From assembly GCA_963750165.1 (NCBI GenBank), contig CAVVPN010000003.1, positions 256,001 to 320,000 on the forward strand: DNA of 64,000 nt, read 5' to 3'. The DNA comes from an uncultured Gemmataceae bacterium (GTDB lineage: Bacteria; Planctomycetota; Planctomycetia; Gemmatales; Gemmataceae). A program made the translations under genes and the position numbers. The notes beneath the pieces were generated by a model. It saw only the letters and a program-made list of their open reading frames with translations. It was not told the DNA's origin and made no database searches. Every line of letters starts with the position of its first letter. The first letter of the stretch is position 1. Positions 49,425-60,477 of the stretch are shown piece by piece.

Positions 49425-51753
49425 ATGGACCCCGCTGCCCCGTCCCGCGACGACCTCGCCACACGCTACCTCGACCAGCTGCCCTACCCGCCCTACCCCG
49501 TGCAGGAGGAGGCGCTGCTGACGTGGTTCACCACCGACCAGGGCGTCCTCGTCTGCGCCCACCGGGACCGGCAAGACACTCATCGCCCAGGCCGCCCTGT
49601 TCGAGGCGCTGCACACCAACCAGATCGCGTACTACACCACGCCGCTGATCGCGCTCACGGAGCAGAAGTTCCGCGAGATGCAGGAGTCCGCGGTGCGCTG
49701 GGGCTTCAGCGCCGATGATGTCGGCCTGGTCACCGGCAACCGCCGCGTCAACCCCAACGCCCGCGTCCTGGTCGTGGTTGCCGAAATCCTCCTCAACCGC
49801 CTGCTGCACGAGGAAGCGTTCGACTTCAGCAACGCCGCCACCGTCGTCATGGACGAGTTCCACAACTTCGCGGACTACGAGCGCGGCATCGTCTGGGAAC
49901 TGACGCTCGCCATGCTGCCGAAGCACGTCCGGTTGCTGCTGCTGTCCGCGACGGTCGGCAACGCCACGGAGTTCTTGAGCTGGCTCGACCACAGCCACGG
50001 CCGCAAATTGCAGCTGGTCGAGGGCCGCGAACGCAAGGTGCCGTTGACGTATAAATGGGTGCCGGACCAGCTGTTGACCGAGCAACTGGTCATCCTGGCG
50101 AAGGGCGACGGCCACACCCGCTACACCCCGGCGCTGGTGTTCTGCTTCAACCGCGACGAGTGCTGGAGCGTCGCCGAGCAGCTCAAGGGCTTGCCGCTGG
50201 TGACGCCGGCGCAGCAGTCCGCCCTGCACGCGGAGGTCAACAAGCTCGACTGGACGCAGGGCGTCGGGCCGAAGTTCAAGCAAATGCTCCACCGCGGCGT
50301 CGGCGTTCACCACGCCGGACTGCTGCCGAAGTACCGCCGCGTCGTCGAGGAGTTGTTCCACCGCAAGATGCTGCCGGTGGTCATCTGCACCGAGACGCTG
50401 GCCGCGGGCATCAACCTGCCGGCGCGCTCGGTCGTGCTCACAGCGCTGGTCAAGGGACCGTTCGGCAAGGAAAAACTTGTGGACCCGAGCACCGCCCACC
50501 AGATCTTCGGCCGCGCCGGCCGGCCGCAGTTCGACGACAAGGGCTTCGTCTTCGCGCTGGCCCACGAGGACGACGTGAAAATCCTGCGCTGGAAGGAGAA
50601 GTACGACCAGATCCCGGAGAACGCGAAGGACCCGAACCTCATCCGGGCGAAGAAGGCCCTGAAAAAGAAGAAACCGACACGCAGCGAAACCCGGCAGTAC
50701 TGGGGCGAGGCGCAGTTCAAGCAGTTGCAGGCCGCGCCGCCGGGCAAGCTCTACAGCAAGGGGCCGCTGCCGTGGCGGCTGCTGGCGTACCTGCTCAAGC
50801 TGTCGCCGGAGGTGTCGCGGGTGCGGTCGGTGGTGCGCAAGCGGCTGATGGACGAGCCGCGCATCCGCGCCGGCGAAATCGCCCTGGAGCAGATGTTGTT
50901 GACGCTGGCGTCCGGCGGTTACGTGACGCTGCACCCCGAGCCGCCGCCGCTGGGGGAGGATGGCAACCCGACACCGGAACGCAAGGCGTACCGCTCCGAA
51001 CTGGCGTCGCCGACGCCGCTGCTCGACCGTCTGCTGGTCTTCCGCGGCGTCCACCCGCTGTACGGGGCATTCCTGGTCGAGCACCTGGGCATCGCCAACC
51101 GTGATGAGCGCCTCCAGGCGTTCGAGAGCGTGCTGGAGGTGCCGCGGGCGATCCTCAAGTTCGTGCGGGTGCCGTGGGAGGACCGCCTGCCGCCGGGGCC
51201 GCTGGCGACGACCCGGCTCGACCAGGAACTGATCCAGCGCGGCCTGATGGTCGCCAAGCCGGAGCCGTCGCCGGAGGACGAGGAAGAGCAGGACGAGTGG
51301 ATCGCCCCGGAGGACCGGCCGCCGACGCTGGCGGAGAAGCTACGGATGCTGTTCGACGCGAAGTACCCGGACGTGACGGACGTTTCGACGCAGTCGGTGT
51401 GGGCGGCGGGCGAACTGCTGCGCTTCGGCGGCAATTTCAACAAGTTCGTGCAGGCGCGCGACCTGGTCAAGCAGGAGGGCATTGTCTTCCGCCACTTCCT
51501 GCGGCTGATCCTGCTGCTGGGCGAATTCCAGGCACTGACCCCGCCTGAGGCCAATGCCGAGGAGTGGCAGAAGGAGCTGCGCGACATTGCCGAGCAGCTA
51601 ACGGCGAGCTGCCGGGCGGTCGATCCGCAGAGCACCGATGAGGTGATTGAGCTGGCGCACGCGGCGGATGTGGTCGAGGGCGAGACGGTGGCGGCGCCGG
51701 CCCCCCCCCCGCAGGCGCCGCCGGAGCGGGTGTTCGGCGAGGGAATTCTTTGA
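49425..51753 (+). CDS. DEAD/DEAH-box (Ski2/HelY-like) helicase, apparent frameshift at ~49560
   Basis: [11 protein letters not shown][P]TGTGKT (Walker A, broken by 2 missing nt), [45 protein letters not shown]. Confidence 0.9.
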
Positions 51754-51877
51754 CTCGGCCGTTGGGAAGCGGCGCAACTGCACAACATGCCAACCGAAGG
51801 GATTATAGAATCCAATTCTGTTCTCAGGATGGTCACATGGGTATTACCGACCGCTATTACGGAAGGCGGTGCCAGCC

Positions 51878-52726
51878 ATGAGATGGGAGCAACCGTTTTT
51901 GACAGTGACCCCAGCAGTCGCATTCCTCGGCCTCATCCTGCTCGGCTGGGACGTCGTGGAGACGTTCGCCATGTATGCTCCTACCTGGCTGCTCTGGATT
52001 CCCCTGGTTTGCCTGCTTCCGCTGAGCATTCATATTTGCCGGTGGGTCTGGTCGTCAGGTAAGAAAGTCCCCCACCCGTTCGGAATCCTGCTTCCCGTTG
52101 GCCTCGTAATCGTCTTCCCCCTCTGGTTTGCTGGTGAGCGGCTAGCGCGTGAGATTCCGGGATTCTGCAGTTTGGGGACAGGGTACGAGGTAAAGCCCCT
52201 TCGTCCGGGGAAGGTTGATCCGACTGCGACGTTCTCTGTAGGTGCTCTGGGGTGGGGAAATTCACACTACTTCGAGTTTACGTTGGTAACGTTCCGGTAC
52301 GCGAGCGCGCATTGCGACGACGATTTGTACGTCAGCCTTCCCCAATGGCACGGTCACTACACCGACACCTATACGACCAACTTCCCGGTCACGCGCGAGA
52401 AGGTGCTTGAGTACGTCCGGCAGTGCGACGAGTTTCCGCCCGGTGATGCGGAGGTGCTGGCCGATCAGTTATGGGAACTCCTGCAAAAATATCAAGAAAA
52501 GCGCGACATGCCGCCTATCGTCTACGGCAGTGACCGTCTCCCGGAGGGACAGCCGCAGATCATCTATTCGGTCTCGGGGCGGGCCATTTACGGGGTAACG
52601 CTACTCCTGGCCGTTCCCATCCTGATTATCGTCGCCTGGTTCCTTGCGGGCTGGTATTGCCGCCGTGTACTGGTGGCGGCTTCCAAAGCCACGGCGTCGC
52701 ATGGCAGTCAATCCTCTGGGTGCTGA
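51878..52726 (+). CDS. Hypothetical membrane protein
   Basis: Three N-terminal and one C-terminal hydrophobic helices; codon usage looks lower in GC than neighbours. Confidence 0.6.
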   Translation: MRWEQPFLTVTPAVAFLGLILLGWDVVETFAMYAPTWLLWIPLVCLLPLSIHICRWVWSSGKKVPHPFGILLPVGLVIVFPLWFAGERLAREIPGFCSLGTGYEVKPLRPGKVDPTATFSVGALGWGNSHYFEFTLVTFRYASAHCDDDLYVSLPQWHGHYTDTYTTNFPVTREKVLEYVRQCDEFPPGDAEVLADQLWELLQKYQEKRDMPPIVYGSDRLPEGQPQIIYSVSGRAIYGVTLLLAVPILIIVAWFLAGWYCRRVLVAASKATASHGSQSSGC

Positions 52727-52821
52727 CGGGGGATGGAGGCCGAGTTGCCGGTGGACTGGCCATTCCATCGCTTGAGCACAACGGTTAGAATCGATACGCC
52801 CTCATGATGGAGGTGTGAACA

Positions 52822-53028
52822 ATGTCCACGCTCATCACCGGCGTCGTCAAGGACGGGGTCGTTGTCCCCAGCGTGCCGCTGCCCGACGGGACGTGGGTGG
52901 AAATTCATGTGCCCGATGCGCCCCCGGCGGTATCGCCGGAGTTGCAGGAAGAGATGGACGCCTGGGACCGCGCCAGCGATCGCGCCCTGGAACTGGTCGA
53001 TCGTTTGGCGGAAGAGCTGGACTCCTGA
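52822..53028 (+). CDS. Putative antitoxin (DUF104-like N-terminus)
   Basis: GGAGGT RBS; ITGVVKDGVVVPSVPLPDGTWVEI; acidic tail; overlaps the toxin gene. Confidence 0.75.
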   Translation: MSTLITGVVKDGVVVPSVPLPDGTWVEIHVPDAPPAVSPELQEEMDAWDRASDRALELVDRLAEELDS

Positions 53029-53363
53029 AAAAAGGTGAGGTGTGGCGAGTCCGAATACTGCCGGGCGGTGGCCGCGTTCAGGCTGGCGACCGCCCGGCCG
53101 TTATCCTGCAAGAAGATGTTTACATCCAATCGCTGCCGACCGTTTTGCTCGTGCCTTTTACCAGCTCCCTGGCGGCGGCCCGGTTCGACTGCACGCTGGT
53201 CGTTCAACCCGACAACCAGAACGGCCTGACCGTGCCGTCCGTTGCCCTCGTGTTTCAAGCGCGGGCACTGGATAAACGTGATTTCTTGCAGCGCCTGGGA
53301 GCACTGGATGCCGCCACCCTCGGCCAGGTGTTTGCGATCCTCGATCAGTTGACCGGACGGTAA
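53025..53363 (+). CDS. PemK/MazF-family toxin
   Basis: (L)KKGEVWRV...GRVQAGDRPAVILQ, LVPFTS, NGLTVPSVALVFQARALDK. The apparent start is CTG, overlapping the antitoxin TGA. Confidence 0.85.
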   Translation: MKKGEVWRVRILPGGGRVQAGDRPAVILQEDVYIQSLPTVLLVPFTSSLAAARFDCTLVVQPDNQNGLTVPSVALVFQARALDKRDFLQRLGALDAATLGQVFAILDQLTGR

Positions 53364-53512
53364 CGCCGGGCTGCGCGGTCAAATCGTTCGCGTCCCTTCA
53401 AATGTATGGCTTTTGTAACAACCCGCCGCCCGCGCCTGGACAGCGCGGCCGCGCAGACGGTACGCTGCACGGGGTTTTTCGCACCCCATCCGATTCGCTC
53501 TGCCTGGAGGGA

Positions 53513-54499
53513 ATGGCCATGCTGATCCGCCCTGGGCTCCTGCCGCGGGCCGCCCTGATACTCGCCGTCCTGCTGTTGACCGCCGGCCCGCTGCGGGCGC
53601 AGGCCCCGACCCTGCGGCGAACGCTGGAGGGGCACGGCGGCCAGGCGGCCAACCCGTCCTTCTCCCGGGACGGCAAGCTGCTGGCGGTCCCGTGCGGCGA
53701 CGGCGAAATCAAGGTGTGGGACGTGGCCACCGGCCGGCTTCAGTTTTCCCTGCGCGGCCACAGTCAGAACACGCTCTCCGCGGTGTTTTCACCAGACGGT
53801 CACCTGCTGGCCACGGCGTCGGACGACGGCACCATTCGCCTTTGGGACTTTGGGCGCCGGCAAGAAAAAATCACCCTCAAGGGCAACGGCCAGGTGTACA
53901 CCGCGGCCTTCGCCCCGCACGGCCGCACCCTCGCTACCGCCGGCCAGGACGGCGTCGTGCGCCTTTGGGACGTTGAGAGCGGCCGCGAAGTCATGGCCCT
54001 CAAGGGAGCCACGCGGTTTATCTATGGCGTGGCCTATGTGACGGGCGGCCGCACCCTGCTGGGCGTCGGCGGCGACGGGAAATTGCTCGTCTGGGACGTC
54101 GTCAAGGGCGAGCAGCGGTCCGCCTACCAGGGCGGCGCGGGGCAACTGTACTGCGTGGCGATTTCCCCGGACGGACGCACGGCCGCGTTCGGCGGTGACG
54201 CCAACCTCGTCAAATTGTGGGACCTGGAGACGGGCAAGGAGCGCCTGACGCTGCGCGGTCACGGCGGGCTGATCCTCGGCGTCGCCTTTTCGCCGGACGG
54301 CAAGACGGTGGCCTCATCGAGCGACGACGGCACGGTCAAGTGGTGGGACGCCGCTACCGGCCGGGAACTGGCCACACTCAAAGGACACTCGCAAGGGGTT
54401 TGGGGCGTGGCCTTCTCCTCGGACGGCCGCACCCTCGCCTCCGGCAGCCGTGACGGCACGGTCAAGCTGTGGGACCTCAATCCCAAAGCGGACAAGTAA
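53513..54499 (+). CDS. Exported 7-bladed WD40-repeat protein
   Basis: GGAGG RBS, signal peptide, seven GH...WD repeats. Confidence 0.9.
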   Translation: MAMLIRPGLLPRAALILAVLLLTAGPLRAQAPTLRRTLEGHGGQAANPSFSRDGKLLAVPCGDGEIKVWDVATGRLQFSLRGHSQNTLSAVFSPDGHLLATASDDGTIRLWDFGRRQEKITLKGNGQVYTAAFAPHGRTLATAGQDGVVRLWDVESGREVMALKGATRFIYGVAYVTGGRTLLGVGGDGKLLVWDVVKGEQRSAYQGGAGQLYCVAISPDGRTAAFGGDANLVKLWDLETGKERLTLRGHGGLILGVAFSPDGKTVASSSDDGTVKWWDAATGRELATLKGHSQGVWGVAFSSDGRTLASGSRDGTVKLWDLNPKADK

Positions 54500-54540
54500 C
54501 GTCTGGAAGACAGAAGCACATTACTGCCGGAGGGACGATC

Positions 54541-55514
54541 ATGCATCGACTCGGTTGCGCGGCGTTGCTGGTGCTGCTGGCCGCCGCCCCGCTGCGGGCG
54601 CAGGCTCCGACGCTGCGGCGGACGTTGGAGGGCCATCTCGGCAGAATTGTATCGCACCTGGCGTTCTCGCCGGACGGCAAGCTGCTGGCGGCGCCGTGCG
54701 GCGAGGGCACCGTCAAGGTCTGGGACGCGACCACCGGCCGCGCGCGCTTCACTCTGAAAGGCCACACCGACTGGGCGTTCGCCACGGCCTTCGCGCCGGA
54801 CGGCAACGCCCTGGCCACGGTCTCCATTGACGGCACGGCGCGGTTCTGGGACCTGACCAGCGGCCGCGAGAAGTTGACGCTACGGGTGAATAACGTGCAG
54901 CTGTACACGGTGGCGTTCGCCCAGCACGGCCGCACGGTCGCCGCCGGCGGCCAGGACAACATCGTCCGCCTCTGGGACGTGGCCAGCGGCCGCGAGGTCA
55001 TGATCCTCAACGGGCACACGTCCTTCGTCCACGGCATCGCCTTCGCGCCGGGCAGCCGCACCCTGCTGTCCGTCGGTGGTGACGGCCAGATGATCGTCTG
55101 GGATCTGGTCAAGGGCGCAAGCGCGCCGCGTACCAGTGCGGCGCGGGCACCCTGCGGTGCGTGGCGGTGTCGCCGGACGGCAAGACAGCAGCGCTGGCCG
55201 GCGACTCCCATCTGGTCAAACTCTGGAACCTGGAAACGGGCCAGGAGCGCCTCACCTTGAAGGGGCACACCTTGCCAATTTACGGCGTCGCCTTTGCGCC
55301 GGACGGCAAGACGGTGGCCTCGGCGAGCGACGATGGCACGGTCAAGTTGTGGGACGCCGCCACTGGCGGTGAACTGGCCACGGTGAAGGGACACACGCAG
55401 GGAGTCTGGGGCGTGGCCTTCTCGCCGGACGGTCGCACCCTCGCCTCCGGCAGCCGCGATGGCACCGTCAAGTTCTGGGACCTGAAGGCCGCGGGGGGAA
55501 GTGGCGGACGGTGA
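54541..55514 (+). CDS. Exported WD40-repeat protein, tandem paralog (apparent -1 frameshift ~55117)
   Basis: Colinear with the upstream gene (PLRAQAPTLRRTLEGH...GRTLASGSRDGTVK). The 974-nt span is 3n+2. Confidence 0.85.
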
Positions 55515-55666
55515 CCCTTTTTCCGGGCGACGCAGGGTCTGTCAGGCACCTCGGCTGGACTGCCGGGCCATCATTCGCTAGACTCCGTTCGCGCGGTTCG
55601 GTCGCCCCGACGAACGCATCCCCTCCTGGTACGGAAGTCGCCCCAGCGAGGATACGCAGGCTCGGC

Positions 55667-56380
55667 ATGGCGAACTGGGAACTATTCCGCGAACGTTACC
55701 GCAGCGGCCGCTGGCGGGCGCCATTGTTCCGCGACCTCATCCTGGCGGATGTGTTGGCCCGCAGCCCGGGCCCGACGCTGCTGGACATCGGTTGCGGCCG
55801 CGGCTTCGACGACGACCCACGGTTGCAGGCGTCCCTGGCCCGGCACGCCAATCACTACATCGGCGTCGAGCCCGACGCGGCCGCCCCGCTGGCGGACTGC
55901 TTCGATGAGGTGCATCGCTGCCCGCTGGAGCACGCGGCGCTGGCGCCCGGCTCGGTCGATGTCGCCTTTTCGGTCATGGTGCTGGAACATCTGCGCCGGC
56001 CGCAGTCCTTCTTCGACCAGCTGCACATGGCTCTGGCTGAAGGCGGCGTCTTCTGGGCGCTGACGATGGACGCGCGGCACTGGTTTTGCACCGCCTCGAT
56101 GGCCATCGGCCGCCTGGGCGTCAAGGGGTTGTACCTGGACTGGGTCTGGGGCCGCGGCCGTTACCGCAACTATCCAGCGTACTACCGGGCCAACACACCG
56201 GCACAAATTCGGCAGCTGGCGCGGCGCTTCCGCGATGCGCGTTGCGCCAACTTCGCCCGAGAGGGGCAGCTGGACCCGTACCTGCCGCGGTCACTGCGGC
56301 CGCTGGGCCGGCTGCTGGACCGGCGCGAGGTCGCCGGGAAACGGCCCGGCCCGCTGCTCGCCGTCCGGCTGGAAAAGTGA
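55667..56380 (+). CDS. Class I SAM-dependent methyltransferase
   Basis: LLDIGCGRG, IGVEPD, DVAFSVMVLEHL, L..GGVF. Confidence 0.88.
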   Translation: MANWELFRERYRSGRWRAPLFRDLILADVLARSPGPTLLDIGCGRGFDDDPRLQASLARHANHYIGVEPDAAAPLADCFDEVHRCPLEHAALAPGSVDVAFSVMVLEHLRRPQSFFDQLHMALAEGGVFWALTMDARHWFCTASMAIGRLGVKGLYLDWVWGRGRYRNYPAYYRANTPAQIRQLARRFRDARCANFAREGQLDPYLPRSLRPLGRLLDRREVAGKRPGPLLAVRLEK

Positions 56381-56699
56381 GCCGAGCCCCTGTATACCAA
56401 AACCCTGGGCCGGTGGGAATCGCAGGCGTCTTGACAGCACCGCGACCTGACCCGCCGGCCCGTTCTCCAGATCCCATGCGGGTACCCGCGCCCGGCCGCT
56501 CAGGTTCCCTTTTTGTCGGAACGACGGAGCAGTCGCCGAACCACCCTTCGCCAATCCATCTCCACCCAATTGTCGCCGAGTGGGGCGACTCGCCAGTGTC
56601 GCCACCCCGCCAGGTCGAACTCGCCAGCCATCCAGTCCGAGCGCACGCCGTTGCTGGTGTGGATGACGACCGGGCCAGGGGTGGGAGTTGATGTTGCCG

Positions 56700-56828
56700 C
56701 GCCAGGGCCGTAATGCCGACCTCTTCCTGCCAAACCTGGGCTTCGTAATACAGGGCTTCGGTCAGGACGACCACCAGATCCAGCGCCGCATAAACGGTAC
56801 GCTGAGTGGAGGTGTGATACCGGCCCAT
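56700..56828 (-). pseudogene. RES-domain toxin fragment
   Basis: GRYHTSTQRTVYAALDLVVVLTE resembles the RES 'GR(F/Y)...Y.A.....A..E' core; no intact flanking gene. Confidence 0.4.
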
Positions 56829-56934
56829 CGTTAGGCTGCCCAGCTACGACCCCAGGCCGGTCAAGACTTGGTTCTGGCGGACTTTCTGGTTCGCGCGGCG
56901 AGCCGGAAACGGGGTTCCTGTGCTCCGACCGCGC

Positions 56935-59900
56935 TCATCCCGGCTGTGCCGGCACCGGCTCCGCAGGCGCCGGTGCTGGCTCTTCCTGAGGCGGCGGAGC
57001 GGGCTGCGTCTCCGGCATTGGCGGCGGTGGCGTGGACGCTTCCGGCTCAGCGGGGGCAGGGGCTGAGGCCGGCGGTTCCGGAGGCGGTGGTGGCTGCTCA
57101 GCCGCGGGCGGGGCCGGTGGTGGCGGCGGTGGCGCGTTCTTGGCCGCGAACAGCGCACTCAGTTCGCCGAACGTCCGCAGCGGCACCTTGCCCTCGATGG
57201 CCGCCTGCGTCAACTTCGGCTTGGGCGGTTCGCGGCGCGGCTTGCGCGGCGGCTCTGGCGGCCGGGGCGGCGGCTTGGTGCCGCCTTCGGCCGGCGGTGG
57301 CGTGGACCCCTGGGAACCCGAAACGGGCCTGCCTCCGCCCGGCCGACGCGGCGGCGGACCACCGCGCCCCTGACCGGGACGCCCGCCACCTTGCGGCGGC
57401 CCCTGGCCAGCGCCGGCGCCCTGCGGCGGCCCCTGGCCCTGACCCTGGCGCTGCTGCGGCGGCCGGGCGCCGCGCGGCGGTGGCCGACGCGCGCCCTCCG
57501 GCCGAGCGCCCTCGGGCCGACCACCCTCCTGACGTTGCTGCTGGGGCGGCCGACGCTCCGGCGGCTTGCGCTCGGTGCCGGGCTTAATCATCGTCAGCGA
57601 CACCCGGTGCCGCTGCGTGTCCACCGACAGCACCCACACCGTCACCACATCGCTGACCGCCACCACGTCATACGGGCTCTTGATATAGCGGTTGGCCATC
57701 TGGCTGATGTGAACCAGGCCGCTGTCCTTCAGACCGATGTCCACGAACGCGCCGAAATCGACCACGTTCAGCACCGTGCCCTTTAGCTCCATGCCCGGCT
57801 GCAAATCCTCCAGCTTGAGGATGCCCTTCTTGAAGATCGGCGGCGGCAAATCTTCGCGCGGATCGCGGCCGGGCCGGGCCAGTGAGTCCAGGATGTCGCG
57901 CGCCGTCGGCACGCCGAGCGCCAGGGTTCGGGCCAGCTCCTCCGGCGACAGCGACTGCAACTTGCCGTGGAACTCCGCCGCCTGGCTCTTGTCATCGATC
58001 ACGGCCGGCTGATAGCCCAGTTCGCCCAGCAGTTTCTCGGCGGCGGGATAGCTTTCGGGGTGAATCCACGTGCGGTCGAGCGGGTTCGGGCCGTTGGGAA
58101 TCTTCAGGAAGCCGGCCGCCTGCGTGTAGCGGGCCTCGCCAATGCCGGGCACCTGCAGCAGTTGATCGCGGCTCTGGAAGGGGCCGTGCTGCTTGCGATA
58201 CTCCACCAGGTCGCGGGCCACCATCTGGTTCATGCCGGACACGTGCCGCAACAGCGGCACGCTGGCAGTGTTCAGGTCCACGCCAACCTGGTTGACGCAC
58301 GATTCGATGACCGCCTCCAGCGACTCCTTCAAATGCTTGGGGTTCACGTCGTGTTGGTACAGGCCGACGCCGATGCTCTGCGGATCCACCTTGACCAGCT
58401 CGCTGAGCGGATCCTGCAACCGGCGGCCGATGGAGATGGTGCCGCGCAGTGTGGCGTCGTAGTCGGGGAACTCCTCGCGACCGACCTGGCTGGCGGAGTA
58501 GACGCTGGCCCCGGCCTCGTTGACGATGACGTAGGCCAGCTCCGGCAGCTTCTCGCCAATCAGCTCGGAGACGAACTCCTCGGTTTCCCGGCAGGCGGTG
58601 CCGTTGCCGATGGCGATGACGTTGAGTTGATGCTTCCGCACCAGGTCTTCCAACCGGTTCTTGGCTTCATCGCGTTTGCTGATCGGCGGCGCGGGCGGTG
58701 GTGGAGGCGGCGGCACCTCGGCGGCCGGCAAACCAGCCTCGGCCGCCTGCGCAGTCGGCGGCGTCTCGGTGAACGTCGGCGTGTCCGCGACGGCTTCGGG
58801 GGCTGGCGGCGCCTCGACGGCGACAGGCGGCGCCTCGGCAGACGGTGGCGTTTCCACCGCGAGCACGGGCGGCGGCGCCTCGGCCGATGGCGCAGGCGGG
58901 GCCTCGGTGGGCGGCGGCGCTTCCGCGACGGGCGCAGGCGGGGCCTCGGCGGCGGGCGCCGGGGGTGGCGCGGCCTCTTGTGGCTTGGGTTCCTGCGGTT
59001 TGGCTTCCTGGCGGCGGCCGTCGCCGCGGCCCTTCTTGCTGGTCTGGTGCGGGTAAATGATGTCGTGTTCGAGGAGGTTGCCATGCTCGTCGAGCGCGGC
59101 GACCTTGCAGCCGGTGCGGAAGCCAGGATCGATGGCCAGCACACGACGGCCGTGCAGCGGCGGTTGCAGCAGCAGACTGCGCAGGTTGCGGGCGAACACC
59201 TGCACGGCATGGCCCTCGGCCTCGTCGCTCAATTCGCGGCGGATTTCACGTTCCAGGCTTGGCAGCAGCAGCCGCTGCAATGCGTCATCCAGAACGGTGC
59301 GCAGAAAGGCAGCGTGTGGCGTCGTGTAGTCGGAGTCGGGAGAAAGCGGTTCGCCCGCGACCGGCGCGGCGGGCGGCGGCACCTCGGCCGGCGCCGGCAC
59401 CTCGGCGGGCGGCGCAGCCGGTTCGCCCGACCCGGCCTCGACCGCCGGCGCACCAGCGGCGGGGGGCGGCGGGGCGTGTTGCAGGCTCTCGGCCAGGCCG
59501 TGCAGTGCCGCACCACGAACCGCATCGGTGAGCCATTCCATGTGGACCTTGAGCGAGTTCTCCTTCTCGCCGCGGTTCAGCGCCAGAATGCGGTGCGGCG
59601 GAATTTGTCGCACGGACTCGGTGAACTGGAAGTAGTCCTTGTATTCGAGGCCCTGGCCCTCCGCGAGCTTGTCGCTCCTGGCGGAGCAGAGCTTGCCGGT
59701 CTCCCACAGGACGCTGCGGGCCGCGGCGCGGACGTCGGCGGTCTCCGCGATCATTTCCGCGAGGATGTGCTGCACGCCCTGGCGCACCTCCTCAACGGTC
59801 GGCAGTTCCTGCTCGGGGTTGACCAGCGCCGGCAGCAGTTCGTCAAGATTGGCGGCGGCGGGGTCGCGGTGCCAGATGGCCAGCGCCAGCGGTTCAAGGC

Positions 59901-60303
59901 CCTTCTCGCGCGCGATCGTTGCCAGGGTGCGCTTCTTCGGCTTGTAGGGCAAGTAGAGGTCTTCGAGGCGCTTGGCGGTGTCGGCGTGGAGGATGGCGCG
60001 ACGGAGCTGGTCGCTGAGCTTGCCCTGGTGCTCGATGCTTTTGAGGATGGTGCGCTTGCGGTCGGCCAGCTGGCGGAGCAGTTGCACGCGGCCCTGGATT
60101 TGACGAAGGACCTCCTCGTTGAGGCCGCCGGTGCGCTCCTTGCGGTAGCGCGTGATGAACGGCACCGTGTTGCCCTCGTCGAGCAACTGCACGACGGCCT
60201 CGACCTGCACTTTACGGATCTGCAAATCCTGCGCAATCCGCGAGAAGTCCAGGGAAGAGACTTCCGGAGTTTCGGCCGCAGGCGCCGTCACGAGATTCTG
60301 CAT
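56935..60303 (-). CDS. tex: Tex family S1-domain RNA-binding protein with Pro-rich insertions
   Basis: GNTVPFITRYRKERTG, LEDLYLPYKPK, IDPGFRTGCK, IGNGTACRE, VNEAGASVYSAS, GVGLYQHD, S1 domain (NVVDFGAFVDIG). Confidence 0.95.
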   Translation of the reverse strand: MQNLVTAPAAETPEVSSLDFSRIAQDLQIRKVQVEAVVQLLDEGNTVPFITRYRKERTGGLNEEVLRQIQGRVQLLRQLADRKRTILKSIEHQGKLSDQLRRAILHADTAKRLEDLYLPYKPKKRTLATIAREKGLEPLALAIWHRDPAAANLDELLPALVNPEQELPTVEEVRQGVQHILAEMIAETADVRAAARSVLWETGKLCSARSDKLAEGQGLEYKDYFQFTESVRQIPPHRILALNRGEKENSLKVHMEWLTDAVRGAALHGLAESLQHAPPPPAAGAPAVEAGSGEPAAPPAEVPAPAEVPPPAAPVAGEPLSPDSDYTTPHAAFLRTVLDDALQRLLLPSLEREIRRELSDEAEGHAVQVFARNLRSLLLQPPLHGRRVLAIDPGFRTGCKVAALDEHGNLLEHDIIYPHQTSKKGRGDGRRQEAKPQEPKPQEAAPPPAPAAEAPPAPVAEAPPPTEAPPAPSAEAPPPVLAVETPPSAEAPPVAVEAPPAPEAVADTPTFTETPPTAQAAEAGLPAAEVPPPPPPPAPPISKRDEAKNRLEDLVRKHQLNVIAIGNGTACRETEEFVSELIGEKLPELAYVIVNEAGASVYSASQVGREEFPDYDATLRGTISIGRRLQDPLSELVKVDPQSIGVGLYQHDVNPKHLKESLEAVIESCVNQVGVDLNTASVPLLRHVSGMNQMVARDLVEYRKQHGPFQSRDQLLQVPGIGEARYTQAAGFLKIPNGPNPLDRTWIHPESYPAAEKLLGELGYQPAVIDDKSQAAEFHGKLQSLSPEELARTLALGVPTARDILDSLARPGRDPREDLPPPIFKKGILKLEDLQPGMELKGTVLNVVDFGAFVDIGLKDSGLVHISQMANRYIKSPYDVVAVSDVVTVWVLSVDTQRHRVSLTMIKPGTERKPPERRPPQQQRQEGGRPEGARPEGARRPPPRGARPPQQRQGQGQGPPQGAGAGQGPPQGGGRPGQGRGGPPPRRPGGGRPVSGSQGSTPPPAEGGTKPPPRPPEPPRKPRREPPKPKLTQAAIEGKVPLRTFGELSALFAAKNAPPPPPPAPPAAEQPPPPPEPPASAPAPAEPEASTPPPPMPETQPAPPPQEEPAPAPAEPVPAQPG

Positions 60304-60477
60304 TGTGCTGTGCTCAACGATGCGGCTGTTCCGCGATTGCCAACCATTACCGGCCCGGTCGGGATACTGTAGCGCGTTGAGGTGCGGGTGTCAAGCCGGC
60401 TCTCGAAAGATGGTTGCTCGGTTGGGGTTGACAATGGCTGACGCTACCGTTCGCCGCCACCGGGAGGCACCCCCGCG

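Noticed and set aside
56500..56700. Protein-like minus-strand stretch (VVIHTSNGVRSDWMAGEFDLAGWRHW...)
   Set aside because: No clear start, RBS or recognisable family; probably part of a mosaic of remnants.
57967..60372. Long antisense or alternative-frame ORFs (also 11135-13027, 23574-24830, 49528-51084, 61000-62253)
   Set aside because: They overlap well-supported genes on the opposite strand and are typical high-GC shadow ORFs.
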